A stretch of DNA of 64,000 bases from Klebsiella phage EI: sequence record MN106245.1; one strand, written 5' to 3'. Below, in pieces: positions 27,914 through 40,975 of this stretch (position 1 is its first letter; each line of letters opens with the position of its first letter). The notes under the pieces are model-generated. The model did not search any database, had not been told where the DNA came from, and was given only the letters and a program-made list of their open reading frames with translations. Position numbers and translations under genes: made by a program.

Positions 27914-28852
27914 ATGGCCGGACAAGTTGCTAATAATCCTTCTGAATTGAAGGACCTTATCTTGCGTCGCATGGGCGCACCAATCGTAAATGTTGAATTA
28001 ACTACTGACCAAATATATGATTGTATCCAGCGAGCTCTAGAGCTCTACGGCGAATACCATTTTAACGGTCTGAACAAAGGATACCAGGTTTTCTACATTG
28101 GCACGGAAGAATCGGATAACGCCCAGTTCTTGAATGGGGTGTTTAATCTCCGAGGCCGTAATATATTTGCTATTTCCCAGATAGTACGTACTAATGTCGG
28201 CTCGATTACTTCAATGGACGGAAATGCCGCTTATCCTTGGTTTACAGACTTTCTTATGGGTATGGCTGGCATCAATGGTGGTATGGGTTCATCTTGTCAA
28301 AAAGGATATGGACCGAATGCATTCGGAGCTGACCTCGGGTATTTTACACAGCTGATGACTTACTGGTCGATGATGCAGGACCTTTTATCTCCTCTTCCGG
28401 ACTACTGGTATAACTCTGATACAGAGTTGCTCAAAATAATGGGTAACTTTATGAAGGGTGATATAATCGTTTGTGAGGTATGGACTAAATCTTATAATAA
28501 CGTAGATTGGGCCGTAGGTAATACTGCTGGGTATGGTTACGCTGGTTCTAATAATGCTAATCAATGGGGGCTTGGTGAAGTATATGACAATCCTAATAAA
28601 GGAATCACAGGCCAATTTGCCGGTGAACAGAACCGTGAAGGGGCTTATAATAATCGCTGGGTTAAAGATTACGCCCATTGTTTAGCTAAAGAACTTAATG
28701 GTCAGATTTTAGCCAAACACCAAGGTATGATGCTTCCGGGCGGTGTAACTGTTGACGGAACCCGTTTAATCGAAGAAGCCCGTATAGAAAAAGAAGCCTT
28801 ACGTGCCGAGCTTGATTTACTCGATCCTGGATGTCCTATTCTGTTGGGGTAA
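27914..28852 (+). CDS. 13: gp13 neck protein
   Basis: 312 aa (T4 309). Confidence 0.8.
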   Translation: MAGQVANNPSELKDLILRRMGAPIVNVELTTDQIYDCIQRALELYGEYHFNGLNKGYQVFYIGTEESDNAQFLNGVFNLRGRNIFAISQIVRTNVGSITSMDGNAAYPWFTDFLMGMAGINGGMGSSCQKGYGPNAFGADLGYFTQLMTYWSMMQDLLSPLPDYWYNSDTELLKIMGNFMKGDIIVCEVWTKSYNNVDWAVGNTAGYGYAGSNNANQWGLGEVYDNPNKGITGQFAGEQNREGAYNNRWVKDYAHCLAKELNGQILAKHQGMMLPGGVTVDGTRLIEEARIEKEALRAELDLLDPGCPILLG

Positions 28853-28855
28853 ATA

Positions 28856-29635
28856 ATGAGCACTTATAATTCGAATTTATTTGCTAAGCTCGAAGACCGT
28901 TCGGGCTACGCTAAGACCAACGAAACTGAAATTCTAAACCCGTTTGTTAACTTCAACAAGTATACTAATACCCAAACTCTAGCTGATGTGTTGGTAGCCG
29001 AAAGTATTCAGATGCGTGGAATAGAGCTTTATTATCTACCGCGCCAGTTTAACAATCCAGATCTTCTGTTTGGCGAAGACCCTCAATCAAGCTTTAATAA
29101 GGCTTGGATGTTTGCTGCTTATTTGAATAGCTTTGACGGGTATTCAGGTGACAATACGTTCTTTAGTAAGTTCGGTATGTCTGTTAATGACGAAGTAACA
29201 TTCACTATTAATCCTCGCTTGTTTAAGCACCAAGCAGATGGTAAAGAGCCTATTGCCGGTGATCTGGTTTATTTTCCGATGGATAATAGCCTATTTGAAA
29301 TAACTTGGGTAGAACCTTACGACCCGTTTTATCAAGTAGGTCAAAATGCCATGCGTAAAATAACTGCTCAGAAATATGTCTATTCTGGTGAAGAAATGCA
29401 GCCTGAACTACAGCGTAATGAAGGTATCAATATTCCTGAATTCAGTGAACTCGATCTTCAGCCTATTAAAAATATTGATGGGTTGGCTGATATCAACAAC
29501 GATCAGTACGCCGAAACAGAAGAGATTAATGCTGAAGCGGCCCAATATGTAGAACCTTTCTATGTCAATAATGGTCGAGGGAATTATGTTCCGCCAAAAT
29601 CTTCTCCTTTTGACAATGGGTTCTTAGATGATTAA
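28856..29635 (+). CDS. 14: gp14 neck protein
   Basis: 259 aa (T4 256). Confidence 0.8.
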   Translation: MSTYNSNLFAKLEDRSGYAKTNETEILNPFVNFNKYTNTQTLADVLVAESIQMRGIELYYLPRQFNNPDLLFGEDPQSSFNKAWMFAAYLNSFDGYSGDNTFFSKFGMSVNDEVTFTINPRLFKHQADGKEPIAGDLVYFPMDNSLFEITWVEPYDPFYQVGQNAMRKITAQKYVYSGEEMQPELQRNEGINIPEFSELDLQPIKNIDGLADINNDQYAETEEINAEAAQYVEPFYVNNGRGNYVPPKSSPFDNGFLDD

Positions 29636-29675
29636 ATAGTCTATATGCCCGGAAACCCCGGGCTCTGGAGATAAA

Positions 29676-30495
29676 ATGTTTGGTTTTTGGTACAATTCGT
29701 CCTTGCGTAGATATATCGTGTTGATGGGTGATTTGTTTTCCCATGTCCAAGTAGCACGTCTACGTAATGACCAAGGCCTTAAATATATTAAAGTCCCTAT
29801 TTCGTATGCATCTAAAGAAAAATTTATGTTGCAACTTAATAAGTGGACTGCTGTTCAATCTACTGAAGATAAAGCAAAAATAGAAACTATTCTTCCAAGA
29901 ATGAATCTTCATTTAGTAGATATGCAATACAACGCAGCTTTTAAAACTTCCCAGCTTAATAGGACTAAGTCTCAGACTCAAGATGGCAAAACTCCTGTCT
30001 CGCAGTATAACCCTACTCCTATTAAGATGATTTTTGAGCTTGGAATCTATACTCGTCATCAAGATGATATGTATCAGATTGTCGAGCAAATTTTACCGTA
30101 TTTTCAGCCACACTTTAACACAACTATCCACGAGCTTTATCCTAACAATATTCAATTCAAGCGTGATATAAAAATAGTTCTTCAAAGTATTGCGCCGGAT
30201 GAACAGGTTGATGGTGGCGCTAATTCGAGGCGTCGCCTTGAGTGGTCTATTATGTTTGAAGTAAACGGCTGGCTTTATCCACCTGTTGCTGAACTTGAAG
30301 GTGAGATCAAAACAGTTTATTTGGACTTCTTTGCAAACAGTAAAGAACTTTCCCATAATGATAATTTTGAATCTGTTGATACAGAAGTAGTCCCTAGGCA
30401 TATAGAATCTGCTGAATGGGATGGTTCGTATGAACAAAGCTATTCTCAAAATATTCCTATTCCGTCAGGAGATGTTCCTCCTGGAGTGAGGCGAA

Positions 30496-30503
<8 letters not shown>
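29676..30503 (+). CDS. 15: gp15 tail sheath stabiliser / tail terminator
   Basis: 275 aa (T4 272). Confidence 0.8.
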
Positions 30504-32819
<2,316 letters not shown>

Positions 32820-32849
32820 AGATAAAGCAAATCACTTTGAGGAATAATC

Positions 32850-34832
32850 ATGGCTTTAATCTCTCCTGGAATTGAGCTCAAAGAAACGAGCGTCCAAAGC
32901 ACGGTAGTCATTAACGCTACAGGTCGTGCTGCATTAGTTGGTAAGTTTCAATGGGGTCCAGCATACCAAGTTACTCAGGTTACTAACGAAGTAGAACTTG
33001 TTGACCTGTTTGGTGGACCGAACAACCAGACAGCTGACTATTTTATGTCTGGTATGAACTTCCTTCAGTATGGTAATGATCTTCGTACCGTACGTGTTGT
33101 AAACGAAGAGGCTGCTAAAAACGCAAGCCCTATCGCTGGTAACATTGAATGGACCATCGATACCGCAGGTACTAACTACTCTGTAGGTGATAAACTGACC
33201 GTAAAATATCTGACTACGGATGTTGAAACAGAAGGTCGTATTACTAAAGTAGATACCGATGGTAAAATCCTTTCAATCTTTATCCCGACTGCAAAAATTA
33301 TCGCTTACGCGAAGTCCATTAATCAGTATCCCAATTTAGGCAGTTCTTGGACCGTTGAAATCGCAGGAACTTCTGCAGGTGTTTCTGGCGGTATTAGCTT
33401 AGGTAAAATTATCGTTGATTCTGGTATTCTGTTGACCGATACAGAAACGGCCGATGAAAAAATAACTAATACTACCTTCCAAACTGCATTATCTAAGTAT
33501 GGTATGCCTGGTGTTGTGGCGATTTATCCCGGTGAAATCGGTTCTACTTTGGAAGTAGAAATTGTTTCTAAAGCTACCTACGATGCTAATGCAGTTTCTC
33601 TGTTAGATATGTATCCGGGTGGTGGTACTCGCGCGTCAACAGCCAAGTCTGTATTCGGCTACGGCCCTCAAACGCCAGATCAATATGCTATTATCGTTCG
33701 CCGTGACGGGACTTTAGTAGAAAATGTTATCCTATCCACTAAGCGTGGCGATAAGGATATGTACGGTAATAACATCTTTATGGATGATTATTTCGCCAAC
33801 GGTTCTTCTAAGTTCATTTTTGCTACTTCAGAAGGCTGGCCTAAAGATTTCAGTGGTATTATTCAGTTAAATGGTGGCGTTTCTGCTAATGAATCTGTTA
33901 CTGCGGCGGATCTTATGAAAGGTTGGGATCTGTTTGGTGACCGTGAAGCACTGCGTGTTAACCTGCTTATTGCTGGTGCATGCGCCGGTGAAGAAGCCGA
34001 AGTTTCTTCTACCGTACAGAAACACGTCGTTTCTATCGGCGATGAACGCCAAGACTGTTTAGTTCTTATTTCTCCGCCTCGTTCTGCTCTTGTTAATGTT
34101 CCGCTAACGCGTGCTGTTGACAATCTGATTGATTGGCGTGAAGGTACTGGTTCTTATACAGATTCTAACATGAACATTAATACCACATACGCGGCAATTG
34201 ACGGTAACTATAAGTATCAATACGATAAATATAACGACGTTAACCGTTGGGTTCCTTTAGCAGCTGATATTGCAGGTCTCTGTGCTCGTACCGACACAAC
34301 TTCTCAGCCTTGGATGTCTCCGGCTGGATACCGTCGCGGCCAGATCCTGAACTGCATTAAACTGGCTATTGAACCTCGTCAATCGGCACGTGATCGCATG
34401 TATCAAGTAGGTATTAACCCTGTTATTGGCCAAGGTACAGGTGAAGGTTTCATCCTGTTTGGCGATAAAACCGCTACTACAGTTCCGACTCCGTTCGACC
34501 GTATTAACGTTCGTCGTCTGTTTAACATGCTGAAAACCAATATCGGTGACAGTTCCAAGTATCAAATCTTCGAGCTGAATGATAACTTCACACGTTCCTC
34601 GTTCCGTATGGAAACAGGTCAATACTTAGCGAACATTAAAGCTCTTGGCGGTGTGTACGATTTCCGTGTTGTCTGTGATACTACTAACAACACCCCGGCG
34701 GTCATCGACCGTAACGAATTCGTTGCATCGTTCTACATCAAGCCGGCCAGATCGATAAATTATATTACTCTTAATTTCGTAGCTACAGCTACTGGCGCAG
34801 ACTTTGATGAACTGATTGGTGTTCAACAATAA
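32850..34832 (+). CDS. 18: gp18 contractile tail sheath
   Basis: 660 aa (T4 659). Confidence 0.9.
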   Translation: MALISPGIELKETSVQSTVVINATGRAALVGKFQWGPAYQVTQVTNEVELVDLFGGPNNQTADYFMSGMNFLQYGNDLRTVRVVNEEAAKNASPIAGNIEWTIDTAGTNYSVGDKLTVKYLTTDVETEGRITKVDTDGKILSIFIPTAKIIAYAKSINQYPNLGSSWTVEIAGTSAGVSGGISLGKIIVDSGILLTDTETADEKITNTTFQTALSKYGMPGVVAIYPGEIGSTLEVEIVSKATYDANAVSLLDMYPGGGTRASTAKSVFGYGPQTPDQYAIIVRRDGTLVENVILSTKRGDKDMYGNNIFMDDYFANGSSKFIFATSEGWPKDFSGIIQLNGGVSANESVTAADLMKGWDLFGDREALRVNLLIAGACAGEEAEVSSTVQKHVVSIGDERQDCLVLISPPRSALVNVPLTRAVDNLIDWREGTGSYTDSNMNINTTYAAIDGNYKYQYDKYNDVNRWVPLAADIAGLCARTDTTSQPWMSPAGYRRGQILNCIKLAIEPRQSARDRMYQVGINPVIGQGTGEGFILFGDKTATTVPTPFDRINVRRLFNMLKTNIGDSSKYQIFELNDNFTRSSFRMETGQYLANIKALGGVYDFRVVCDTTNNTPAVIDRNEFVASFYIKPARSINYITLNFVATATGADFDELIGVQQ

Positions 34833-34870
34833 TATAATCACCTACCGGAAAGACCTGAAGTCATTATACT

Positions 34871-34978
34871 ATGGCTTCAGGTTTAGCAATAAATCCGTAG
34901 GACGCCGCCAGGCGAATCCTTTTTAGAGGATAATAAATTATATTAACCACAATTTAAATTATCCCTGGCGTCCACAGA
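34871..34978 (+). promoter_or_regulatory. structured 18-19 intergenic leader (hairpin CCTGAAGTC..GCTTCAGG and a long-range GGACGCC..GGCGTCC pairing) ending in late promoter TATAAATA at 34992-34999
   Basis: inverted repeats found by eye. Confidence 0.35.
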
Positions 34979-35012
34979 CACTTCCAGGCGATATAAATAA
35001 GAGAGATTACTT

Positions 35013-35504
35013 ATGGAGCTTACAGACATCACCAAAGCATTCGAATCCGGTGACTTCGCTCGTCCTAACCTGTTTGAAGTTGAAATCCCATTCCTTGGCC
35101 GTAACTTCAGCTTCCAGTGTAAAGCTGCTACTATGCCTGCGGGTATTGTAGAAAAAGTTCCTGTTGGATATATGAACCGCAAAATTAATATTGCCGGAGA
35201 CCGTACATTCGACGATTGGACTATCACAATTTATAACGATGACGCTCATGAAGTTCGTAAAGCTATTATTGCTTGGGCTGCCATGGCTCATTCCCAGGGT
35301 AATGAAATTACAGGTTCTACCCCTGCTGAATATAAGAAAACTGCTAAAGTTCGTCAGTTCTCACGTGATGGTAAAACTGTCACTAATGAACACGAAATCG
35401 TAGGCCTTTGGCCGACCAACGTAGGCGAAGTTACCCTCGATTGGGATTCGAATAACGAAGTTGAAACATTTGAAGCTACCTTTGCCCTTGACTGGTGGCT
35501 GTAA
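35013..35504 (+). CDS. 19: gp19 tail tube
   Basis: 163 aa, the same length as T4 gp19; near-identical N-terminus (TKAFESGDFARPNLF). Confidence 0.9.
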   Translation: MELTDITKAFESGDFARPNLFEVEIPFLGRNFSFQCKAATMPAGIVEKVPVGYMNRKINIAGDRTFDDWTITIYNDDAHEVRKAIIAWAAMAHSQGNEITGSTPAEYKKTAKVRQFSRDGKTVTNEHEIVGLWPTNVGEVTLDWDSNNEVETFEATFALDWWL

Positions 35505-35527
35505 TTCTGGTAGGGTCTTCGGGCCCT

Positions 35528-35574
35528 ATCGCTATTTCTTAAGCGAATGATCTTACGAAATAGCGATATAAATA
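35528..35574 (+). promoter_or_regulatory. 11-bp stem (ATCGCTATTTC / GAAATAGCGAT) immediately abutting late promoter TATAAATA (35567-35574) upstream of gene 20
   Basis: perfect inverted repeat whose 3' arm overlaps the promoter. Confidence 0.4.
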
Positions 35575-35590
35575 GTAGTAAGAATCATTA

Positions 35591-37171
35591 TTGGAGAAAG
35601 TAATGAATTTCAACATTCTAAGTTTATTCGCTCCGTGGGAAAAACACGATGAGTCCGAATATAAACGACAAATTAGAGACGATTTAGAATCCATTACCGG
35701 ACCCAAATTCGATGATGGAGCTCATGAAGTAGAAACTAATGAGCAAGATGCCCCGTATAACGCGTTTAACCAAATGATGTTTGGTACTCAGTTGCCGGGA
35801 ATGAAAACTACTCGTGAGCTTATTGACACTTACCGTAGTTTGATGAACAACTATGAAGTAGATAACGCAGTCCAGGATATTATTTCAGATTCCATCGTTT
35901 ACGAAGATGGCCACGATGTAGTATCTTTAAATCTCGACTCTACCAACTTTAGTGCAAATATAAAAGAACGAATGATGGACGAATTCAAAGAAATTTTGAA
36001 CTGTCTTGATTTTGAAAGAAAAGGTAGTGACCATTTCCGCCGTTGGTATGTAGACTCGCGCATCTTCTTCCATAAAATTATCGATCTTAAGCGCCCTAGA
36101 GAGGGTATCAAAGAGCTTCGTCGTTTGGATCCACGTAACCTTCAGTATGTTCGTGAACTAATCACAAAAGAAGAAGCCGGTGTTAAAGTCGTTAAAGGCT
36201 ATAAAGAATACTTTATCTACGATACAGCTAACGAAAGCTACTGCGTAAATAACAAAGTTTATTCTGCCCACACTAAGATTAAAATTCCGCGGTCAGCTAT
36301 TACGTATGCTCATTCAGGTTTAGTTGATTGCTGCGGTAAAAGCATTATCGGTTATCTTCATCGTGCAGTTAAGCCTGCTAACCAGCTTAAACTCTTAGAA
36401 GATGCGTTAGTAATTTACCGTATCACACGTGCACCGGACCGCCGTATCTTTTATATTGATACCGGGAATATGCCTTCTCGTAAGGCGACAGCACATATGC
36501 AGCATATTATGAACACAATGAAAAATCGTGTTGTGTATGACGCTTCTACCGGTAAAATTAAAAACCAACAACACAATATGTCTATGACTGAAGACTATTG
36601 GTTGCAACGACGTGATGGTAAAGCAGTAACAGAAGTTGATACCTTACCGGGTGCCACTAATATGAGTGACATGGATGACGTACGTTATTTCCGTGCAGCT
36701 CTTTATATGGCTCTTCGTGTTCCGTTATCTCGTATGCCGTCTTCTGCTTGAAAAAAAAAAGTGCAGTTCGATGCTGGAACCGGTATCACTCGCGAAGAAT
36801 TAGATTTCCGTAAATTTATCCGAGACCTTCAACATAAGTTTGAAGAAATTATGCTTGATCCTCTGAAAACCAATCTTCTTTTGAAGAAAGTTATTACAGA
36901 AGATGAGTGGAATAAAGAGATAAATAATATTAAAGTTGTGTTCCACCAAGACTCATACTTCACAGAAATGAAGGATGCAGAAGTGATGGAACGTAGAATC
37001 AATATGCTAACCATGGCTGAACCGTTTATTGGGAAATACATTTCTCACCAATATGCCATGAAAACTTTCTTGCAGATGTCTGATGAACAGATTGATCAAG
37101 AAGCTAAGCAAATTGAATTAGAGTCTAAAGAGGCTCGTTTCCAAGACCCAGAAAATGTAGAGGACTTCTAA
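35591..37171 (+). CDS. 20: gp20 portal vertex protein (one gene; the reading frame is interrupted at 36749 by a stop introduced from adapter/poly(A) sequence)
   Basis: ORFs 35591-36751 (386 aa) and 36761-37171 (136 aa) are in the same frame and total 522 aa (T4 gp20 524); the junction contains ATCTCGTATGCCGTCTTCTGCTTG + A10. Confidence 0.85.
36727..36760. other. Illumina adapter 3' end (ATCTCGTATGCCGTCTTCTGCTTG) plus A10 embedded in gene 20: consensus corruption
   Basis: the same adapter/poly(A) signature as at 562-595. Confidence 0.85.
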
Positions 37172-37375
37172 ATGGAAGAATTAATGGAAGCAATTAAGGC
37201 TAACGACCTCGTTGCAGTACGTAAAGCCGTGGCTCCACTGCTGCAAGAACGGACGTCTAGTTTAATTGAAGAGCTTAAAGTCAAAATTGCAAGCTCAGTC
37301 ATGATCGAAGGCGAAGAACCTGAAGAAGATTCGGAGGATGACGCCGATGACGACGATGATGAGGACGACGAATAA
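37172..37375 (+). CDS. 67: gp67 prohead core protein (acidic C-terminus)
   Basis: 67 aa ending [20 protein letters not shown]; synteny. Confidence 0.7.
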   Translation: MEELMEAIKANDLVAVRKAVAPLLQERTSSLIEELKVKIASSVMIEGEEPEEDSEDDADDDDDEDDE

Positions 37376-37800
37376 TGTTGATACTCCCTGAAAATTTCGA
37401 ATTAGTTATCGAGAACGTTGAAAGCAAAATTCAAGAAGCTCAGGGCCGCATAGACCATTTGTCTAAAGCATTCGATAAAGACGGTATAAATACAATTGTA
37501 GAGAACATGATGGCTAGCGAAACCGAACTGGCCATCGCAATGGGCGCTCTCAATGAAGATATGCAACTTAATGAATTTATCGTTAAGCACGTCAATAGCC
37601 GCGGTGAAGTGACCCGCCTTAAAGACCGCAAAACTCGTGAGCGTAATGCTTATCAAACTACTGGTCTTTCTAAATCGAAGCGCCGTCAAATTGCTCGAAA
37701 AGCGGTCAAATCTAAACGGGCGAACCCGAGCGTGATAACTCGTGGTATTCGCAAACAAAAGAAAGCTATTAAACGCCGTCAAGCACTAGGACTGAGCTAA
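37375..37800 (+). CDS. 68: gp68 prohead core protein
   Basis: 141 aa, the same length as T4 gp68. Confidence 0.75.
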   Translation: MLILPENFELVIENVESKIQEAQGRIDHLSKAFDKDGINTIVENMMASETELAIAMGALNEDMQLNEFIVKHVNSRGEVTRLKDRKTRERNAYQTTGLSKSKRRQIARKAVKSKRANPSVITRGIRKQKKAIKRRQALGLS

Positions 37801-38465
37801 TGTCAAACGTCAATGAACAACTCTTAATTGAGAACTGGGGAATACCGGGTGAAATCATTGATGGAAAACCTATGCTCGAATCGTTTGAACAGCCTTCAGA
37901 CGGGTCGAGCGGTTTAAAGCCAGGGCTGTATATTGAAGGTATTTTCCTTCAAGCCGAAGTGGTAAACCGTAATAAGCGGTTGTATCCTAAAGCTGTCCTA
38001 GAGCGTGCCATTGACCGGTATATAACCGAACAAGTTAAAACTAAGCAGTCATTAGGAGAACTAAATCATCCTCCTCGTGCAAACGTCGACCCAATGCAAG
38101 CTGCTATCATTATTGAGGATATGTGGTGGAAGGGTAATAACGTTTATGGACGCGCACGTGTCATCGAAGGTGACAACGGACCGGGTGATAAATTGGCTGC
38201 TAACATCCGAGCAGGGTGGATTCCTGGAGTGTCTAGTAGAGGCCTGGGCACATTAAAAGATTCAGGTAAAGGATATAACATCGTACAAGAAGGTTTTCGC
38301 CTGACGGTAGGTGTTGATGCAGTTTGGGGTCCCTCAGCTCCAGATGCGTTTGTAGCACCGCGAGAAATTCGTGAGTCTACAGAAAAGGTAGAAGCAACTG
38401 CCAAGATGAATGCTGATAAAGCATTTACCGCTCTAATCGAGAGCCTAGAAAAGCATTATAAATAA
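37800..38465 (+). CDS. 21: gp21 prohead core scaffold protease
   Basis: 221 aa (T4 212). Confidence 0.8.
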   Translation: MSNVNEQLLIENWGIPGEIIDGKPMLESFEQPSDGSSGLKPGLYIEGIFLQAEVVNRNKRLYPKAVLERAIDRYITEQVKTKQSLGELNHPPRANVDPMQAAIIIEDMWWKGNNVYGRARVIEGDNGPGDKLAANIRAGWIPGVSSRGLGTLKDSGKGYNIVQEGFRLTVGVDAVWGPSAPDAFVAPREIRESTEKVEATAKMNADKAFTALIESLEKHYK

Positions 38466-38493
38466 TAATGTAACTTAACAACAGGACACCAAA

Positions 38494-39300
38494 ATGCTTA
38501 AAGAACTTCTGATGACCGAAGCTCAGACTATTGATGCTAAAGTCGAACTAGATAGCATTTTCGAATCAGTTGAACTGTCTGCCGATGTTAAGGCTAAGTT
38601 TGAAACTGTTTACGAAACTGCTGTAAAAGCCGCCGCTGTAAAGCTGGCTGAATCTCACATCGAAAAAATCGCCACCCTGGCCGAAGAAAAAGTCGAAGAA
38701 GAAAAGGAAAAAGCTGAGAAAAAAATCACTGAATCGGCCGCTAAGTTCCTCGACCACGTTGCCAAAGAATGGCTTGCCGAAAACAAACTGGCTGTAGATC
38801 GTGGTATTAAAGCTGACTTATTCGAATCCATGGTTGTCGGTCTGAAAGATCTGTTCGTCGAACATAACGTTGTGGTTCCAGAAGATGCTGTAGATGTTGT
38901 TGCAGAACTTCAAGAAGAAATCGCTGAACAGAAAGCTGAAACTGCGCGTCTGTTTGAAGAAGTAAACATGCGCGATGCTTATATCAATTACGTTCAACGC
39001 GAAACTGCTATGAACGAAGCTACCCGCGACTTAACTGAATCCCAGAAAGAGAAAGTTATTTCTCTGACTGAAGGTTTGGAATATTCTGATGCATTCGGTA
39101 CTAAACTGGCCGCCATCGTAGAAATGGTACAGTCCTCCGCTGAAGCTTCAGCAATTGTCGAAAGTGCTGATATAAATACTATTGACAAAGATGCTGAGGG
39201 TCTTAACTTCACTGTCGAAGCTGTAGAACCCGAAGAAACTCCTAAACAATCCGGTGGCCTGATGGCTGCATATGTCGCTTCAGCGGCTCGTATTTCTTAA
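38494..39300 (+). CDS. 22: gp22 prohead core scaffolding protein
   Basis: 268 aa (T4 269), highly acidic coiled coil; late promoter at 38457-38464. Confidence 0.8.
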   Translation: MLKELLMTEAQTIDAKVELDSIFESVELSADVKAKFETVYETAVKAAAVKLAESHIEKIATLAEEKVEEEKEKAEKKITESAAKFLDHVAKEWLAENKLAVDRGIKADLFESMVVGLKDLFVEHNVVVPEDAVDVVAELQEEIAEQKAETARLFEEVNMRDAYINYVQRETAMNEATRDLTESQKEKVISLTEGLEYSDAFGTKLAAIVEMVQSSAEASAIVESADINTIDKDAEGLNFTVEAVEPEETPKQSGGLMAAYVASAARIS

Positions 39301-39320
39301 TTTAAAAAGGTTATTAACAC

Positions 39321-40886
39321 ATGAAAACTAACAAACTCGTAGAAAAATGGACTCCGCTGCTTGAAGGTGAAGGTCTACCGGAAATCGTTGGCGCCGGTAA
39401 GAAAGCACTGATTGCAAAAATTATGGAAACCCAGGAAGCAGCTATTCAGACTGAACAGGCTTTCCGTGACGAAAAAATTGCTGAAGCTTTTGGTTCTTTC
39501 CTGAGCGAAGCAGAAATTGGCGGTGACCACGGTTACGATGCTCAGAATATCGCAGCAGGCCAGACCTCTAGTGCTATCACTCAGATCGGCCCGGCAGTAA
39601 TGGGTATGGTTCGTCGTGCTATTCCTAATCTGATTGCTTTTGATATCTGCGGTGTTCAGCCTATGTCCAGCCCTACCGGCCAGGTATTTGCACTGCGTGC
39701 AGTATACGGTAAAGATCCGATTGCTCCAGGTGCTAAAGAAGCTTTCCATCCGATGTTTGCTCCGGATGCAATGTATTCAGGCCAGGGTGCTACCGCTCAG
39801 GGTCGTGCATTCGCTGAAATTAAAGCAGGCACTGAAATCACCGAAGGTGATATTGTTAAGCATGTATTCCAGGAAACCGGGATTGCTTACTTCCAGGCTG
39901 TTGAAACCGTAACCCCGGGAGCTGCCGCTAACGCCGCCGCACTGGATGCAGTTGTTATGGGTCTGGTTGAAGCCGGTAAACTGGCTGAACTGGCCGAAGG
40001 TATGGCTACTTCTATCGCTGAACTGCAGGAAGGCTTCAATGGTTCCAAAGACAATCCGTGGAACGAAATGGGCTTCCGTATCGATAAGCAAGTTATCGAA
40101 GCTAAATCTCGTCAGCTGAAAGCTCAGTATTCCATCGAACTGGCACAGGATCTGCGCGCTGTCCACGGTATGGATGCAGATGCCGAACTGAGTTCTATTC
40201 TGGCTACTGAAATTATGCTGGAAATCAACCGTGAAGTTGTTGACTGGATCAACTACTCTGCTCAGCCTGGTAAAACCGGCATGACCCAGACCATTGGTTC
40301 TAAAGCAGGCGTGTTCGACTTCCAGGATCCGATTGATATCCGTGGTGCTCGTTGGGCCGGTGAAAGCTTTAAAGCTCTCCTGTTCCAGATTGACAAAGAA
40401 TCCGCTGAAATCGCTCGTCAGACCGGTCGCGGTGAAGGTAACTTCATTATCGCTTCCCGTAACGTTGTAAACGCACTGGCTGCTACTGATTCTGGTATCA
40501 CCTATGCTGCACAAGGCCTGGGTAAAGGTTATAACGTTGATACCACTAAATCTGTGTTTGCAGGTGTTCTTGGTGGCAAATACCGCGTCTACATTGACCA
40601 GTATGCTCCGCAGGACTACTTCACCATCGGTTATAAAGGCAGCAACGAAATGGATGCCGGTATCTACTATGCTCCTTACGTTGCGCTGACCCCGCTGCGT
40701 GGTTCCGATCCGAAGAACTTCCAGCCGGTCATGGGCTTCAAAACCCGCTACGGTATTGGTATTAACCCGTTCGCTGATTCTAAACTGCAAGCTCCTGGTG
40801 CACGTATTCAGTCCGGTATGCCGTCCATCGTTAACAGCGTTGGTAAAAACGCCTACTTCCGGCGTGTATGGGTCAAGGGCCTGTAA
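39321..40886 (+). CDS. 23: gp23 major capsid protein
   Basis: 521 aa, the same length as T4 gp23. Confidence 0.9.
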   Translation: MKTNKLVEKWTPLLEGEGLPEIVGAGKKALIAKIMETQEAAIQTEQAFRDEKIAEAFGSFLSEAEIGGDHGYDAQNIAAGQTSSAITQIGPAVMGMVRRAIPNLIAFDICGVQPMSSPTGQVFALRAVYGKDPIAPGAKEAFHPMFAPDAMYSGQGATAQGRAFAEIKAGTEITEGDIVKHVFQETGIAYFQAVETVTPGAAANAAALDAVVMGLVEAGKLAELAEGMATSIAELQEGFNGSKDNPWNEMGFRIDKQVIEAKSRQLKAQYSIELAQDLRAVHGMDADAELSSILATEIMLEINREVVDWINYSAQPGKTGMTQTIGSKAGVFDFQDPIDIRGARWAGESFKALLFQIDKESAEIARQTGRGEGNFIIASRNVVNALAATDSGITYAAQGLGKGYNVDTTKSVFAGVLGGKYRVYIDQYAPQDYFTIGYKGSNEMDAGIYYAPYVALTPLRGSDPKNFQPVMGFKTRYGIGINPFADSKLQAPGARIQSGMPSIVNSVGKNAYFRRVWVKGL

Positions 40887-40901
40887 TTTTAAAACCTTTA
40901 T

Positions 40902-40921
40902 GGGAGAGCTTTCGCTCTCCC
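40902..40921 (+). terminator. hairpin GGGAGAGCTTTCGCTCTCCC followed by TTTTT
   Basis: perfect stem after gene 23. Confidence 0.6.
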
Positions 40922-40940
40922 ATTTTTGTTTGTAGACCTT

Positions 40941-40948
40941 TATAAATA
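40941..40948 (+). promoter_or_regulatory. late promoter TATAAATA upstream of gene 24
   Basis: exact consensus. Confidence 0.6.
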
Positions 40949-40975
40949 GAATTATATCAACCCGAGGAAAGCGCA

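Noticed and set aside
37172-37375. Acidic poly-D/E tail of gp67 as a low-complexity artefact
   Set aside because: Acidic C-termini are a genuine feature of T4 prohead core proteins.
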